Origin: Azolla caroliniana
Lineage: Eukaryota > Plantae > Polypodiophyta
Reading direction: 5' to 3'
DNA length: 64,000 nt
Assembly: GCA_043228905.1 (NCBI GenBank)
Contig: JBHGNT010000014.1
Coordinates: 13,516,001-13,580,000 of the forward strand
The notes beneath the pieces were generated by a model, which saw only the letters and a list, made by a program, of their open reading frames with translations, did no database searches and had not been told where the DNA came from. Shown in pieces: positions 24,999 to 37,600 of this stretch. Made by a program: the position numbers and the translations under genes. Each line of letters starts with the position of its first letter. The stretch's first letter is position 1.

Positions 24999-25722
24999 TG
25001 TCGTGCCTTTCGGCTCCGGATCGTTTGCGTGAGTCGGGTGGGAACCGTCGAGGTTTTGGACTAGGAGGAAAGAAAAATACAAATAAGGCTAGTAAAGAAT
25101 AGGTATAAAGAGTTATAAGATAAGAATCTCGTGAATCCCACGAGTTTAGTATATTTAGTCAATATTTAGGTAGTAAGAGAGAATTATTTTAGCAAATTCG
25201 TGAATCCCACGAATATTTTAGATTGATTGATCATTATAGAAAAATAATCAACAAAAACTACAATGTGCTCCCCATCCTTATATAGTGATGGGAGAGACTA
25301 AGCATAGCTACATGCTTTTTTCTAATATGTTCATGCACACTAAATGTGCATGTGATGCTTTTCTAATCCTTGCTTTTATTTGCTAAATATAGTGCTCATG
25401 CACGCTAGATGTGCATGAGTCACTTTTTAGTTGCTTGCATTTTTCTATAAAATATTCACGCACTCTAAAAATGCACGATTTACCTTTTAATAAAGGTAGG
25501 TGCAAATAAAGCACTTATAGTTATTAAATCTATTTGTAAAACACTAAAGATAAGGTAGCATAATGGTAAAGTTGAGATTTGGCTACGTGGAGGTACAAGG
25601 TTCAAATCTTGCCCTATGCATGTGATAAATATTTTGATATTCTTATTTTATTTATTTATATGTAATTAAATCGGTTATATTATTTTTACTTTTTCACGTA
25701 GTGTACGAAAAACACTACGACA
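24999..25722 (-). mobile_element. Solo LTR C2 (724 bp), diverged relative of C1 in the opposite orientation, 4-bp TSD ACGC
   Basis: ACGC at 24995-24998 and 25723-25726; termini shared with C1; the empty site is visible in J near 34125. Confidence 0.88.
25556..25608 (+). promoter_or_regulatory. tRNA-type A/B-box cassette in C2
   Basis: TAGCATAATGG ... GGTTCAAATC, 43-nt spacing, T4 at 25632-25635. Confidence 0.6.
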
Positions 25723-28322
25723 ACGCGTAGTTGTTTCTGTCGAGCTTCTCCATCGGAAGCGAGCTAGCCATGCCTCTATCCATCGGTTTTACTTGTTCTT
25801 CATGGTTGGTTTTCCTTTCAAGCTATGTCAGCTGCAGAGGTTCTCAACCCTCTCGCTCTGATACCATGTAAAGAATAGTGTGCGGAAGCAAGTAGAAAAC
25901 CGAAGACAAAAAAATACGCAAGTTTAATGGAGAGCTTGAATATACGTAGTACACGGGAGAGACAGAGAGAGAGAGAGAGAAGACACAAGACTCTATTCAA
26001 AAAATAACAGTTCTCTATAATACTCTGTACATCGTATGTGTTTAGTGAACACTTTTATGCAAGTCCATATGGACTGACAGAAGTACGGTGTACTTCAATG
26101 CTCACACAAGCGTCTGACACTAACTATGAGACATTAACTTCCTAGTAGTCTAGGTTGCTACTAGGCTTCTGATTGCTGATGGATCTAACTAACTGGCTCC
26201 CCAGCTCACCGGCTCACCGATCCGACTCATCCTTCCAGATGCTGATCCGGCTCAGGCTTATTCAGCCGATCCGGATCCGATTGAGCTTGCCACTCAACAG
26301 GAATATATCTCGGCCACAACTAAGACTTCGTTAGAATCACAACTACAGGAGAAATGGGCAAAGAAGGTAAATGCACGTATACACAAACAATATGAGAGAG
26401 AGAAAGTACACAGTATGTTAATGTGGAAAAAAACCTGAGAGGGAAAAAAAAACCACGGGAGCCCACAGACTCCAAACTATCACTATGTCAAGGAATACAA
26501 CAAGGAGCACAAAGGCAACAACCTCTTGCTCTCAACCTTCGCCTGACGGCGGTTACAATAGAGACACTCTGTATCGCTCACTCTCTCTCTCACTCTCTGT
26601 TATGCTCTATACAGTAGTTACACCAATAACACTATATAAAATAATAACAACACTTACTACAACTCTGTTTGCCCTAGGTCATATTTATACTAATATGACT
26701 TTAGGACTATTTACAGATGTAGCCCCAATGGGCTCTCAAAAACATATTTCCATATATGTTCCTTCATCCAGTGAGAGGTTCTCTCCGGGTCTTCCTTACC
26801 GGGTACTCCTCATCTAGTTCTCACCGGGTCTGCATCATCCGGTTCGGACGAAGAAGATCAAGAGGAAGAGGAATAACCAAGCCATGACCTATACAACCCT
26901 CAGGGAGGGCGTCGCCACGATAACCGTCATTCCACCAACAATTGGGGCGGTCAGGCCGAGCCTCGTTCATACAGAGGCAACCGACAATCGTGGAATCAGT
27001 GGATCCCCGACGAAAGTTTGGAGGAAGAGCAGCGCCAGGATAATCGTCGTGAATATCGACAGAAACCCCGTAACAATAGGTGGTTCTAACAGTCATGGGA
27101 AACACATACGCCACTTGTGGAGCCTGTGGTTTCCCCAGTGGTAGAAAAAAGTGAGTCCTATGTCCACTGTTTTATTTGTCAACAACCACGACACTACACG
27201 ACTCAATGCCCACAACGCAATAAAGGGAAGGGGCCAACAGTGAACACAATCACGACAGAAGTCCAACAAGTCATGACCCGCAGTAAGGCGAAAAACACGG
27301 ACTGGACAGACCAAGACGAGGTCCACAAAGCTGCGAAAGCTTGCGTGGAGAAAGCAAATGAAGCCAATGTGGAACGCATATGCCAAGAATATGGGCACAC
27401 CGCCAACCACAAACAAGAACCGGCGTCGGCGTCGGCAACAGACCTGATTTGGCAAGAAATTGCCGATTGCAAGATTACGCTAACAATGGATAAAAACATT
27501 TAATCTTGTTCCGTGGTTCCGTCAGGCTGTGGAAACCCGAATGCGGGGTGCAGACAAAGTAGAAATTATGGCGAACTTTATAGATTCTGCAACAGGACCA
27601 ACCATGGTTGATCATCACAATCCGGCTATTAAGGTGGTGCTACAAGGACAAGAAATCACCAATTGCATTATCGATGGGGGCTCGGGGGTGAACATGATCA
27701 GTAAAGCCACATGTAATGGCCTTGGCATTACGACGTGGGAAGCATGCACATTCTAGCTCCGTATGTCGGATATCCGTTCTGTTAGACCGTTGGGATTGGT
27801 TAAGAGGTTATGGATCGTAATCAGCGGTCATGCCTTTCAAATTGCATCCGTTGTGCGGGCTCTCGACGCTCCAGGTGTGTACCCTATCTTGTTAGGACGA
27901 CCAAGGTTACACTCAGCTAATATCAAGAAAAATTGGTAGTATAACTACATTAGCTTTCGACGGGGCCGGGCCAAGGTCCGGGTGCCGACGAAGGAAACGA
28001 CCTCACCCACAACAACGATAAAATGGGGAAGAGGTCAACATGTGAAAAGAATAGCGCGGAATACTGCTCGGCCACAACCGAGTCTTAGATCACTTTAATG
28101 AGAATGAAACACAAAAATGAGAATAGAGATGAATACTCGTACACCAAAATAAAGTACACAAGATGTTTACGTGGAAAACCCTAATAGGGAAAAACCACGG
28201 GAGCCCACAGACTCCAAACTATCACTATATGAGAAAGGTACAATCAGAGACTCGAAGGCAACGACCTCGAGCTCTATTTCTTCGCCAAGCGGCACTTACA
28301 ACAGAGTATCGCTCTGTATCTC

Positions 28323-28353
<31 letters not shown>

Positions 28354-28846
28354 TATACAACAGTAATGCACATACAACAATATGACAACTCACAACTCAC
28401 TTTGAGTGATTGCCCTAAGCCATATTTATACTTATATGAACTTAGGGCTATTTACAAATATAGCCTCAATAGGCTTACTCAAAACATATTTACAAATATG
28501 TCTTCTCTTCCGGTTCTCACCGGGTCCATCCGATCCGGTTTCCGGATCTTTTACGGTTCTCACCGGGTCCTCTTCATCCATAACCGGATCCCGTTCCGAG
28601 GGACCGACTTCCCAACAATCTCCCCCTTCACTCCGGCATGGGATGTCTCACCAACCCGATTCGCTTTCAGCACACGTCCAGCTTGTCAGTTGTCAACACC
28701 TTGGTCAACATATCCGACCAGTTCTCCTCCATGTGGATCTTCGTTAGCATGAACTCTTTATCTTCTACTCTCTCCCGGATCCAGTGGTACCTCCGTTGGA
28801 TATGTTTCGCCGGGAATGGTAGGCCGCATTCTTTGCAAGGTGGATG

Positions 28847-31800
28847 TGTAAAAAGTAAAGTGCGGAAGCAAGTATGAAGACCGAATAGAAGGAAGAAAAC
28901 TCAGGTTTAATGGAGAGCTTGAGCTTATGCAGTATACGCAGGAGAGACAGAGAGAGTGAGAGAGAGAAAACACAAGAACTATATTCAACAAAAAATCTCG
29001 ATTCACTACTCTATACATATGTGTGTTCCATGAACACTTTTATACAAGTCCTCGAAGGACTGACAGAAGTACTAACCGTACTTCAATGCTCTTTAAGAGC
29101 TCCTACACTAACTCCCAAGGATATTCCTCACGGAATATCTTTCCTAACGGCCTCCCGGTTTACGCACTCGGCCTAACCGATCGGTCCCAACCGATCCGGT
29201 CCTCGGCTTCTTCAGCCGATCCGGCCGATGTTAAGCTTGTCTCTCAACACTCCCCCTCAAGCTCAACTCGAGGCTCTTCAGGATCCTCGGGCTCACAGCT
29301 CTAGTTCCTCCTGGCTTCACGCCTTGCTCGCGCTCCTCGACCTGTTCGACTCCGCGCGCTTCGACCCTTCCGGTCGGCTTGTCTGCTCATGCGGCCCTTA
29401 TCAGCTCTTCTGTTGTTGCGGTGTTGACGCTTCTCCTGCTGCCTTTTCTTCCGCTTGGGCCTCGGTTGATTCAGCGTATCTGAATCAAACATCCGAACCG
29501 ACTCGGCTACCTCCGATCGGTTTTCGCTCTCGTCTGAGTTGGCTGTCTCCAACTCGTCTTCGGTCTTCTCGCCCTCGGTGGCGTCATCTTCCCCATGCGT
29601 GGTTGGCTTCGGCTCTCTCCTTCGGTTGCTCCCCTTCTGTCCTTTTCCGAACTTTTCCGCGGGTCCGCCCTCGGCTTCTTCAGCCGATCCGAAGTCGAAC
29701 TCGACAACCGAGTCAACAACCGAGTCAACCGACTCGGTGTCACGGCCTCCACTCCTTTCCTGCTGCTTTGCTTGGTCGTTCGGGACTGTTCTCCCCCTCA
29801 AGTTTGGCACGTCGAGGTGACGCAATCCGAGCGGACCGGAGAATTGCCGCAACTTGTCCAGACCAAGGGGCTTAGTGAAGATATCGGCAGTCTGCCGATC
29901 CGTCGGAACATACTGAAGTTTGACTTCACCGGAAAGGACACGCTCACAGACGAAATGGTAGTGCACCTCAATGTGCTTGGTCCTTGCGTGGAAGACGGGG
30001 GTTTTCGCGAGCTAGATGCTGTTGAGGTTGTCGCAGTAGATCGTCGTCGGATCTGACACCTCCTGTTGCAGGTCCTTAAGTAGCCGCTTCAACCATATGG
30101 CTTCGCATGTCGCGACAGCCGCTCCTCCGTACTCAGCTTCGGGGCTCGATAGTGCAACTGTCGGCTGCTTCTTACTGCTCCACACGATCGCGGCACTCCC
30201 AAGGGAGAACGCGTATCCGGACGTGGATCGGCGATAGGCGGCGTTGCCAGCCCAATCAGCATTGGTGTAGCCGACTAACTGCGCGGCTGCACCGGTCCGA
30301 TATAGCAGTCCGCGGTCCTTAGTGCCGCTTACGTACCGCAGTACGCGTTGCGCACACTGAAGGTGCTCCTCGGTAGGTCACGACATGAACTGACTGATGA
30401 CCCCGACTGGATAACTGAGGTCGGGTCGGGTGATGGTCAAGTATATGAGGCTTCTGACAATTCGTCGGAACCTCGTTGGGTCGCATACCTTTCCCGTATC
30501 GGGACGAAGCTTGACGGTTCTGTCCAGAGGAGTCGAGACGGACTTACAGTCGGCCATCCCGAATTTGAAGAGCATACTCAGCACGTAATGACGTTGGCTG
30601 ATCAATATGCCTTCGGAGGTACGAATCACTTCGATCCCGAGGAAGTAATGAAGGTCCCCCAGATCCTTCATGTCGAACGATGCCGCAAGCTGGAGCTTCA
30701 CGCGGTCGATTTCACCGAGGTCGGCGCCGGTGATGACCAAGTCATCAACATATAGTAAAATACTAACCGGTCTAAGTCGACCTTTCCGGATGAACAGGAA
30801 AGAGTCCGATTTTGACGTGACGAAGCCCATCCGACGCAGTTGTTGCGTGATCTTCGCGTTCCAGGCACGCGGGGCTTGCTTCAATCCGTAAAGGGACTTC
30901 TTCAGTCGGCAGGAAAGAGTCCGATTTTGACGTGACGAAGCCCCTCCGACGCAGTTGTTGCGTGATCTTCGCGTTCCAGGCACGTGGGGCTTGCTTCAGT
31001 CCGTAAAGGGACTTCTTCAGTCGGCATACTGCCGAGGAGTTCGTTCCAGAGTGAAATTCGGGCGGCTGTACCATGTACACCTGTTCCTCAAGGTCACCTT
31101 GCAGGAACGCATTCTTTACATCCATCTGATGTAGGTGCCACCCCTTGGCCGCGACTACTGCGAGCAAAACACGGACGGTCGTCATTTTCGCGACTGGCGC
31201 AAACGTTTCATCGTAGTCGATGCCGTGTTTCTGTGCGTAGCCCTTTGCCACTAGCCGAGCCTTGTACCGGTTGACCGAGCCATCGGTGTTGTACTTGACC
31301 TTGTACACCCACCTACACCCGATCGGTTTTACCCCTGTTGGTGCATCAACCAGGTCCCAGGTCTCGTTCTCCGCCAATGCGTGCATCTCTTCCTCCATCG
31401 CGGCACACCAATTCGCGTCTTTAGCCGCTTCTGCGTAGCTCTCCGGCTCACGCACTTCCGCTACACGGGTCATGTACATATAATGATGCGCCATGTACTC
31501 ATTGTATACGAACCGCAAAACAGGATTCTTTTGGCGGGTAGATCGGCGTAATCTCACATTAGCCGATGTCGAGGCCTTCTCGGTCGACGCGATCTTCACC
31601 TTTAAAGACCCGTCTCCGGTTCCCTCGGAGTCGGACTCACGTTTGTCTGACTCTTTCCTATCCGTGCCGGAATCCGACACCTTATTCTTCCCTTTCTCTT
31701 TGCGCGTAAGTCGTCTCCTCGGCTTCCTGCACGGGGAATGCACGGCCGAGTCTCCACTACTCGCCGGCTCTTCATCGGACTAGTCGTACCGACTCAGTCG

Positions 31801-34664
31801 TCCAATCGGTCCACTTAAACAGAGTGAAATCGGACTCTCTTCGCGGGTCTCGATTTCGGGCTCATCCGGAGGCATCTCGGCCTCGCTGACCTCATCGTCA
31901 AAACTCGGATTGGAGTCGGGGTTCGGAGTCGGGGACTGGTACCAGGACGCGGACTCGTCAAACACAACGTCGCGGCTAACACGCGCTTGTTTGGTGCGAG
32001 GGTTATACCACTTATAACCCTTCTACTCATCCGAGTAACCGACCAAGATGCATTTCTCGGCCTTTGCGTCCAGCTTCCTCCTTTTCTCCTTCGGTATATG
32101 CACATACGCAATGCTACCGAACACCCTTAAGTGTCGCAAGTTCGGCTTCGTTCCAAAATACAGCTCGTGCGCCGACACTTTGTCTCTGATTCGGTTCTGG
32201 ATGTATACCGCGGTCCTTACCGCCTCGGCCCAGTAGAACTTGGGCAAGCTCTTCTCCTCCAGCATTACCCGTGCCGCTTCCACAACTGACCGATTCTTCC
32301 TCTCGGCCACACCGTTCTGCTCCGGCGTGTACCTACAACTGAATTCGCGCCGAATTCCCATTTGTTGTAGATAACCGTTGAATTGACCAAAAAAGTACTC
32401 TTTCCCGCCATCCGACCGTAGGCACTTGATCTTTCGTCCCGTTTCCGTTTCCACGAACCCTTTGAGGTCCCGAAAGCAGTCGTAGACTTCGCTCTTCCTC
32501 TCAATGAGGTAGATCCACGTGTGCCACGTGTGGTCGTCGATGAAGGAGACGAAATATCGGCTCCCGCCAAGACTAACATTTTGTGCCGGCCCCCACACAT
32601 CGGAGTGTATAAGGTCGAGCTTGTTCCGGCTCCGGTTTCACTCATTAGGGAAAGGAAGTCGGTGTTTCTTCCTGAGCTGGCAGGCTTCACAAATTTGTGC
32701 CTTTCGGCCACTAAATTTGGGCAATCCGAACACTACCTGTTTCGATTGCAGATCTTGAAGCTGCTGGTAGTTGACGTGGCCTATCCGCTTGTGCCACAAG
32801 TCGATGTCCGACTCAGTTTTTCGTCCCTTCGCGAACATTGCGGTGCCGCCGTCAGTGGAGTCGAGGATGAACATCCTCCCGTCTCTGCGCCCTTGCGCAA
32901 TCACACGGCCTTCTTCCTCAATGAAGCACCCGAGGTGTGTAAACCGAACCTCCATCCCTTGGTCGACGATCTGTCCGACTGAGACCAAGTTTTTCGTGAT
33001 TGTCGGAACGTGCAGCACGTTCATGAGTTTCCCTTTCTGCCCGACATGGCTAAGGGGAACTTCTCCGACATTCGCGATCGGATGCGGAGTGTCGTATCCA
33101 ATTGCGACTACTCCAGGTTGTATCGGTTTTTCAAGGTATGAGAACCACTCCTTATGGATCGTCATGTGGTTTGACGCGCCGGAGTCTACGTACCACACCT
33201 CGTCCGATCTCGGGGTGGTCTGTTTCATTGAGTTTGCTTCATGTCTCGTCACAAAGGCAGACCCTTCTCCGGCTCTCCCGAAGTCTTCGGCGTAGTGCGA
33301 TCGCTGCCGATTTCCCTTGTCGGTATGTCCGGAGCCGTTTCCGGAACCGGTTCTCTCCGAATCGACGCGCTTCTTCCAGCACTCACTTTCCCTGTGGCCT
33401 TTCTTGCCACAGTACCAGCACTCCGCGATGGCCTTCCCTTGCCGGTTCTCATCGCTTCGACTTCCCCTGTTTCCGGAGGGTCTGGAGTTGCTGTCGGCAT
33501 CACTTCGGTGCCTTCTTCCTTCCATTGCATGCCGACTCGCCTCTTCCTCCACGTCCACGGGGCCTATCTCCCTCCGTGTACAACATTCTATTGTCGGTGT
33601 GCGTGCTTGTAGACGCACCCGCGTGGTTCTCCTCTACCAGGAGCATTGACTGTAAGTCGAAAAAGGTCGGCGTATTCTCCCGGGTACACACAGCCGTTTG
33701 GAACGCTCCGAACTTCGACACCAAACCTCCGAGACAGATCTGGACCATCTCGCTCTCCTCGATGTTCACCTCTATGGAGGCGAGGGAGTCGCAGATATCC
33801 TTGATCTTCGAGGTATAGTCCGCCACCGACAAGTCGCGTTGTCATAGGTTGCTCAACTCCTGTCGGAGCTGAAGCTTCCTGGCTGTGGTGCTCGCGGCGA
33901 AAATCTTCTTCAAATTTTCCCATGCACCCTTCGGCGTCTTTGCATCCCGAACATAGCTCAATAGTTGTTCGCCCACACACGACGCGAAGCAGTATAATAC
34001 CTTGCTCGCTGATTGCTCCCACGACGGGAAGTCTCTGTGTGTCGATTCGGGTGCCGCGTCATTAGCTCCTTCGACATAACTCCAATAGCCGTGCCCGAGC
34101 AGGTACTGGTGCATCTTGTAGGACCAAGACGTGTAGTTGGTTCTGTCGAGCTTCTCTGTTGGAAGCGAGCTCGCCATGCCTCTATCCATCGTTCTTCTTG
34201 TTCTTCTTCGTCAAGCTGTGTCGGTTGCAGAGAGGTTCTCAACCCTCGCGCTCTGATACCATGTAAAAAGTAACGTGCGGAAGCAAGTATGAAGACCGAA
34301 CAGAAGGAAGAAAACTCAGGTTTAATGGAGAGCTTGAGCTTACGCAGTATACGCGGGAGAGACAGAGAGAGTGAGAGAGAGAAAACACAAGAACTATATT
34401 CAACAAAAAATCTTGATTCACTACTCTATACATATGTGTGTTCCATGAACACTTTTATACAAGTCCTCGAAGGACTGACAGAAGTACTAACCGTACTTCA
34501 ATGCTCTTTAAGAGCTCCTACACTAACTACCAAGGATATTCCTCACGGAATATCTTTCCTAACGGCCTCCCGGTTTACGCACTCGGCCTAACCGATCGGT
34601 CCCAACCGATCCGGTCCTCGGCTTCTTTAGCCGATCCGGCCGATGTTGAGCTTGTCTCTCAACA
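28847..34664 (-). mobile_element. Element J: Ty1/copia (G family), 5-bp TSD GGATG, 403-bp LTRs 28847-29249 and 34262-34664
   Basis: tRNA-iMet PBS at about 34250-34261; gag CWYCGKKGHRESEC, WYVDSGAS protease, IN, RT (YVDD), RNase H; several stops and frameshifts. Confidence 0.95.
30797..31026. repeat. 115-bp tandem duplication inside the J RT
   Basis: 30797-30911 is nearly identical to 30912-31026, with CA microhomology at the junction; causes a frameshift. Confidence 0.9.
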
Positions 34665-37600
34665 GGATGGCACTTTGATTGTCGCTAGAGCCAGTATTCC
34701 TCCTGTTGGATCCCTAGCTCTCCGATGAAGTCCTTCATCCAGATTATCTCCTTGCCGGCTTCCATAGCTACCATGTACTCCGCCTCCGTGGTTGACAACA
34801 CAACCGTCTTCTGCAACCTCGACTGCCATGAAACAGCTCCCCGTGTATAAGTCATGACATATCCGGATGTAGACCAGCTGGTATCCGCATCAGTCGACAT
34901 ATCTGAATTGGTGAATCTATCAAGTTGGGGATTACTAGAGCCGAACAGGAGGCACATACTCGAGGTGCCTTTCAGATACCGGAGTATCCACTTGACCGCG
35001 TTCCAGTGCTCTCTTCTGGGATTGCTCATGAACCGGCTCACCACTCCGACTGCATATCCGATATCCATCCGAGTACATACCATCGCGTACATCAAGCTTC
35101 CGACGGCAGAGGCATATGGAATCTTCATCATATCCGTCTTCTCCGTCTTTGTCCTCGGGCTTTGATTTCCGGATAGCTTGCAGTTTTCCGAAAGTGTCGA
35201 CCTGACCCGTTTCACCTCTGACATGTTGAACCATTGAAGCACCTTTGTCACGTACTTCTCTTGTGATAACCACAACAGTTTCTCCGACCGGTCCTAGATG
35301 ATGTGCATCCCCAATATTTGTCTTGCCGGACCATGGTCTTTCATTGAGAAGGTTTGGTTTAGAGCCTTCTTCAGCATCCAAATCTTGTCTTGGTCTCGTC
35401 CAACGATCAGCATATCATCCACATATAGGAGAAGTATCAGGAAATCTCCTCCGTCAAATTTCTTCACAAACACACAGTGATTGGCCTGCGTCTTGTGGTA
35501 CACCTGCTCGATCATGAAGGAGTCGAACTTCCGGTACCATTGTCGGGGGGCTTGCTTCAATCCGTATAAGCTCTTCTTCAGCCGGCACACCAGGTGCTCC
35601 TTCCCTTTCTTCTCAAATCCTTCCAGTTGATGCATGTAGATCTCTTCTTCGAGGTCGCCATGTAGGAATGTTGTCTTGACGTCCAGTTGCTCTACCTCGA
35701 GGTTCATGCTTGTCGCTATGCTCAATACCATCCGGATGGACGTCATCTTTACTACCGGGGCAAAGATCTCATCGAAGTCCACTCCTTTCTTCTGTTGGAA
35801 GCCCGTCACCAATATCCGGGCTTTGTACCTTGGTGGATTTCCGGCGTCTCCCGGTTTCAGCTTGTACACCCACTTGTTTCAAAGTGCTCTCTTCCCTTTC
35901 GGCAACTCCGTCAATTCATACGTGTGGTTCTCATGCAGGGAATCCATCTCGTCCTACATGGCACTCAACCACTTGTGGCTATGGGTGTCTCTCTTTGCTT
36001 CTTCAAAGCTTTCCGGCTCCCCTTCATCGGTTAGCAACACATGCTCTGCATCCAGAAATCTCCGGGGGGCTCTTCTCTCTCAGAGAGGATATCTCCGTCC
36101 CTGGTTTCCGACCACCGGTTCCTTTGTTTGTTCCTCATCCGAAACAGATTCGGAATCTTGTCCGGTTCCGGTGTCTTCTTCTTCTTCTTCTTCTTCTTCT
36201 TCTTCTGTCGGTTCGGTTTCTTATCCGTATCCGTCCGGTTCGTCGAGTGTCATCCAGTTACCAGCTAACATCTGGTTTTCAACCGGTTAAGTCCTAGTGT
36301 CCTCAAGCTGGTTTTCATTGGATGACCCGGAGTTCATCACCTTTTCTCTGACTCCCAGTCGGCAATGGTCCTGTCTTCCATGAAAACTATGTCCCGACTC
36401 CGGAACACGTTCTTGTCGACCAGATCCCACACCCGGTAACCAAACTCATCATCATTGTATCCAAGGAATATGCATGGTTGGGACTTCGGATCCAGCTTTG
36501 CTCTCTTCTCCTCTGCCACATGCACATAAGTGAGACATCCGAACACCTTTAGATGCCGGTAGGATACGTTCTTACCGTTCCATACTTTCTGTGGTGAGTC
36601 TCCTTCTAAGGGTGTTGAGGGTGATCTGTTTATCACATACGTTGCCGTCATCAACGCCTCAGCCCAAAACGTCTTGGGTAGCTTTGCATGTGCCAGCATG
36701 CTGCGGACTCTCTCCATCAGCACGGTGAACTCGAGCTGGATTCCCTTCGATTGGCATTACTCCTTGAACTACCCTAGTATTCTCCTCCGTTGTTTGGTCG
36801 AACCGCCTTTAGCTTCCGACCGGTTTCTCTTTCCATTCTCGCGTGGAGCTCCTTGAAGACAGATAACACCTAATCCTTCGTCTTGAACGGTGAGACCCAC
36901 AACTTCTAATTGTGGTCATCTATGAACGTCATGAAGTACTGCGATCCGGCATGTGACTTCGTGTCCACTTGACACACATCGGTATGCACCAACTCCAGTG
37001 GTGCATTCCGTCTCATCGGTGGTCTTGACCGGAAGGAGGTTCGGTTTTGCTTGTCGGCCAAACAATCGGTGCACTTCTGAAGTTGCACGTCCTTCACCGG
37101 AATGAGATTGTCTTCGGCAAGTCTCTTCATCCCCTTCTAGCTCGTATGACACAGTCTCTTGTGCCACAGCTCACCGACAGTGTCGGATGCTACGTTCACT
37201 TCTTCCCGGCATATCCAGGCATTCATCAAATATAGTGTGTTGACCTTCTGGGCTCAAGCCATTATTAGGCTTCCTTTGCTGAACTTCATAACTCCGTTCC
37301 GGATGCTACCCGTGTAGCCTTCATCATCTAGCTGACCGACTGATAACAGGTTCAGTCAAACCTCCGGAACGTGTCAGACATCCTTCAGCAACAACTTGCA
37401 TCCGGTTGATGTCGTCAACAACACATCTCCTATGCTGATAATTCGGCATGTACCTTCATTCCCCATCCGAACACAAGCATGATCACCGATAATCGACAAC
37501 CCACGTTGTCTTGTCGCCGACAAGGTTTAACTCCTTCTCCTCGGTAATGAGCATCAATTCCTCTTCACTTGTCGTGATTGCCGACGTTCCTTTCCGATCC

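Larger units (their letters stand above)
19004..26299 (-). mobile_element. Element G: Ty1/copia pseudo-element, 5-bp TSD GGAAT, LTRs 19004-19286 (internally deleted) and 25867-26299
   Basis: TG...CA LTRs, tRNA-iMet PBS ending at 25866, PPT at 19287, gag/PR/IN/RT/RH with stops and frameshifts. Confidence 0.93.
13357..26850 (-). mobile_element. Element F: degenerate Ty1/copia (3' LTR about 13357-14671, internal 14672-18974, 5' LTR from 18978 interrupted by G and truncated near 26850)
   Basis: PBS TGGTATCAGAGC (tRNA-iMet) at about 18963-18974, PPT AGGGGGAG at about 14673-14680, gag knuckle CFYCGKPGHF, IN, RT and RNase H remnants. The two LTRs are diverged, so pairing them is tentative. Confidence 0.8.

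Noticed and set aside
18999-34669. Similar TSDs GGAAT and GGATG for related copia G and J, both inside F-family elements
   Set aside because: Only two events, compatible with chance.
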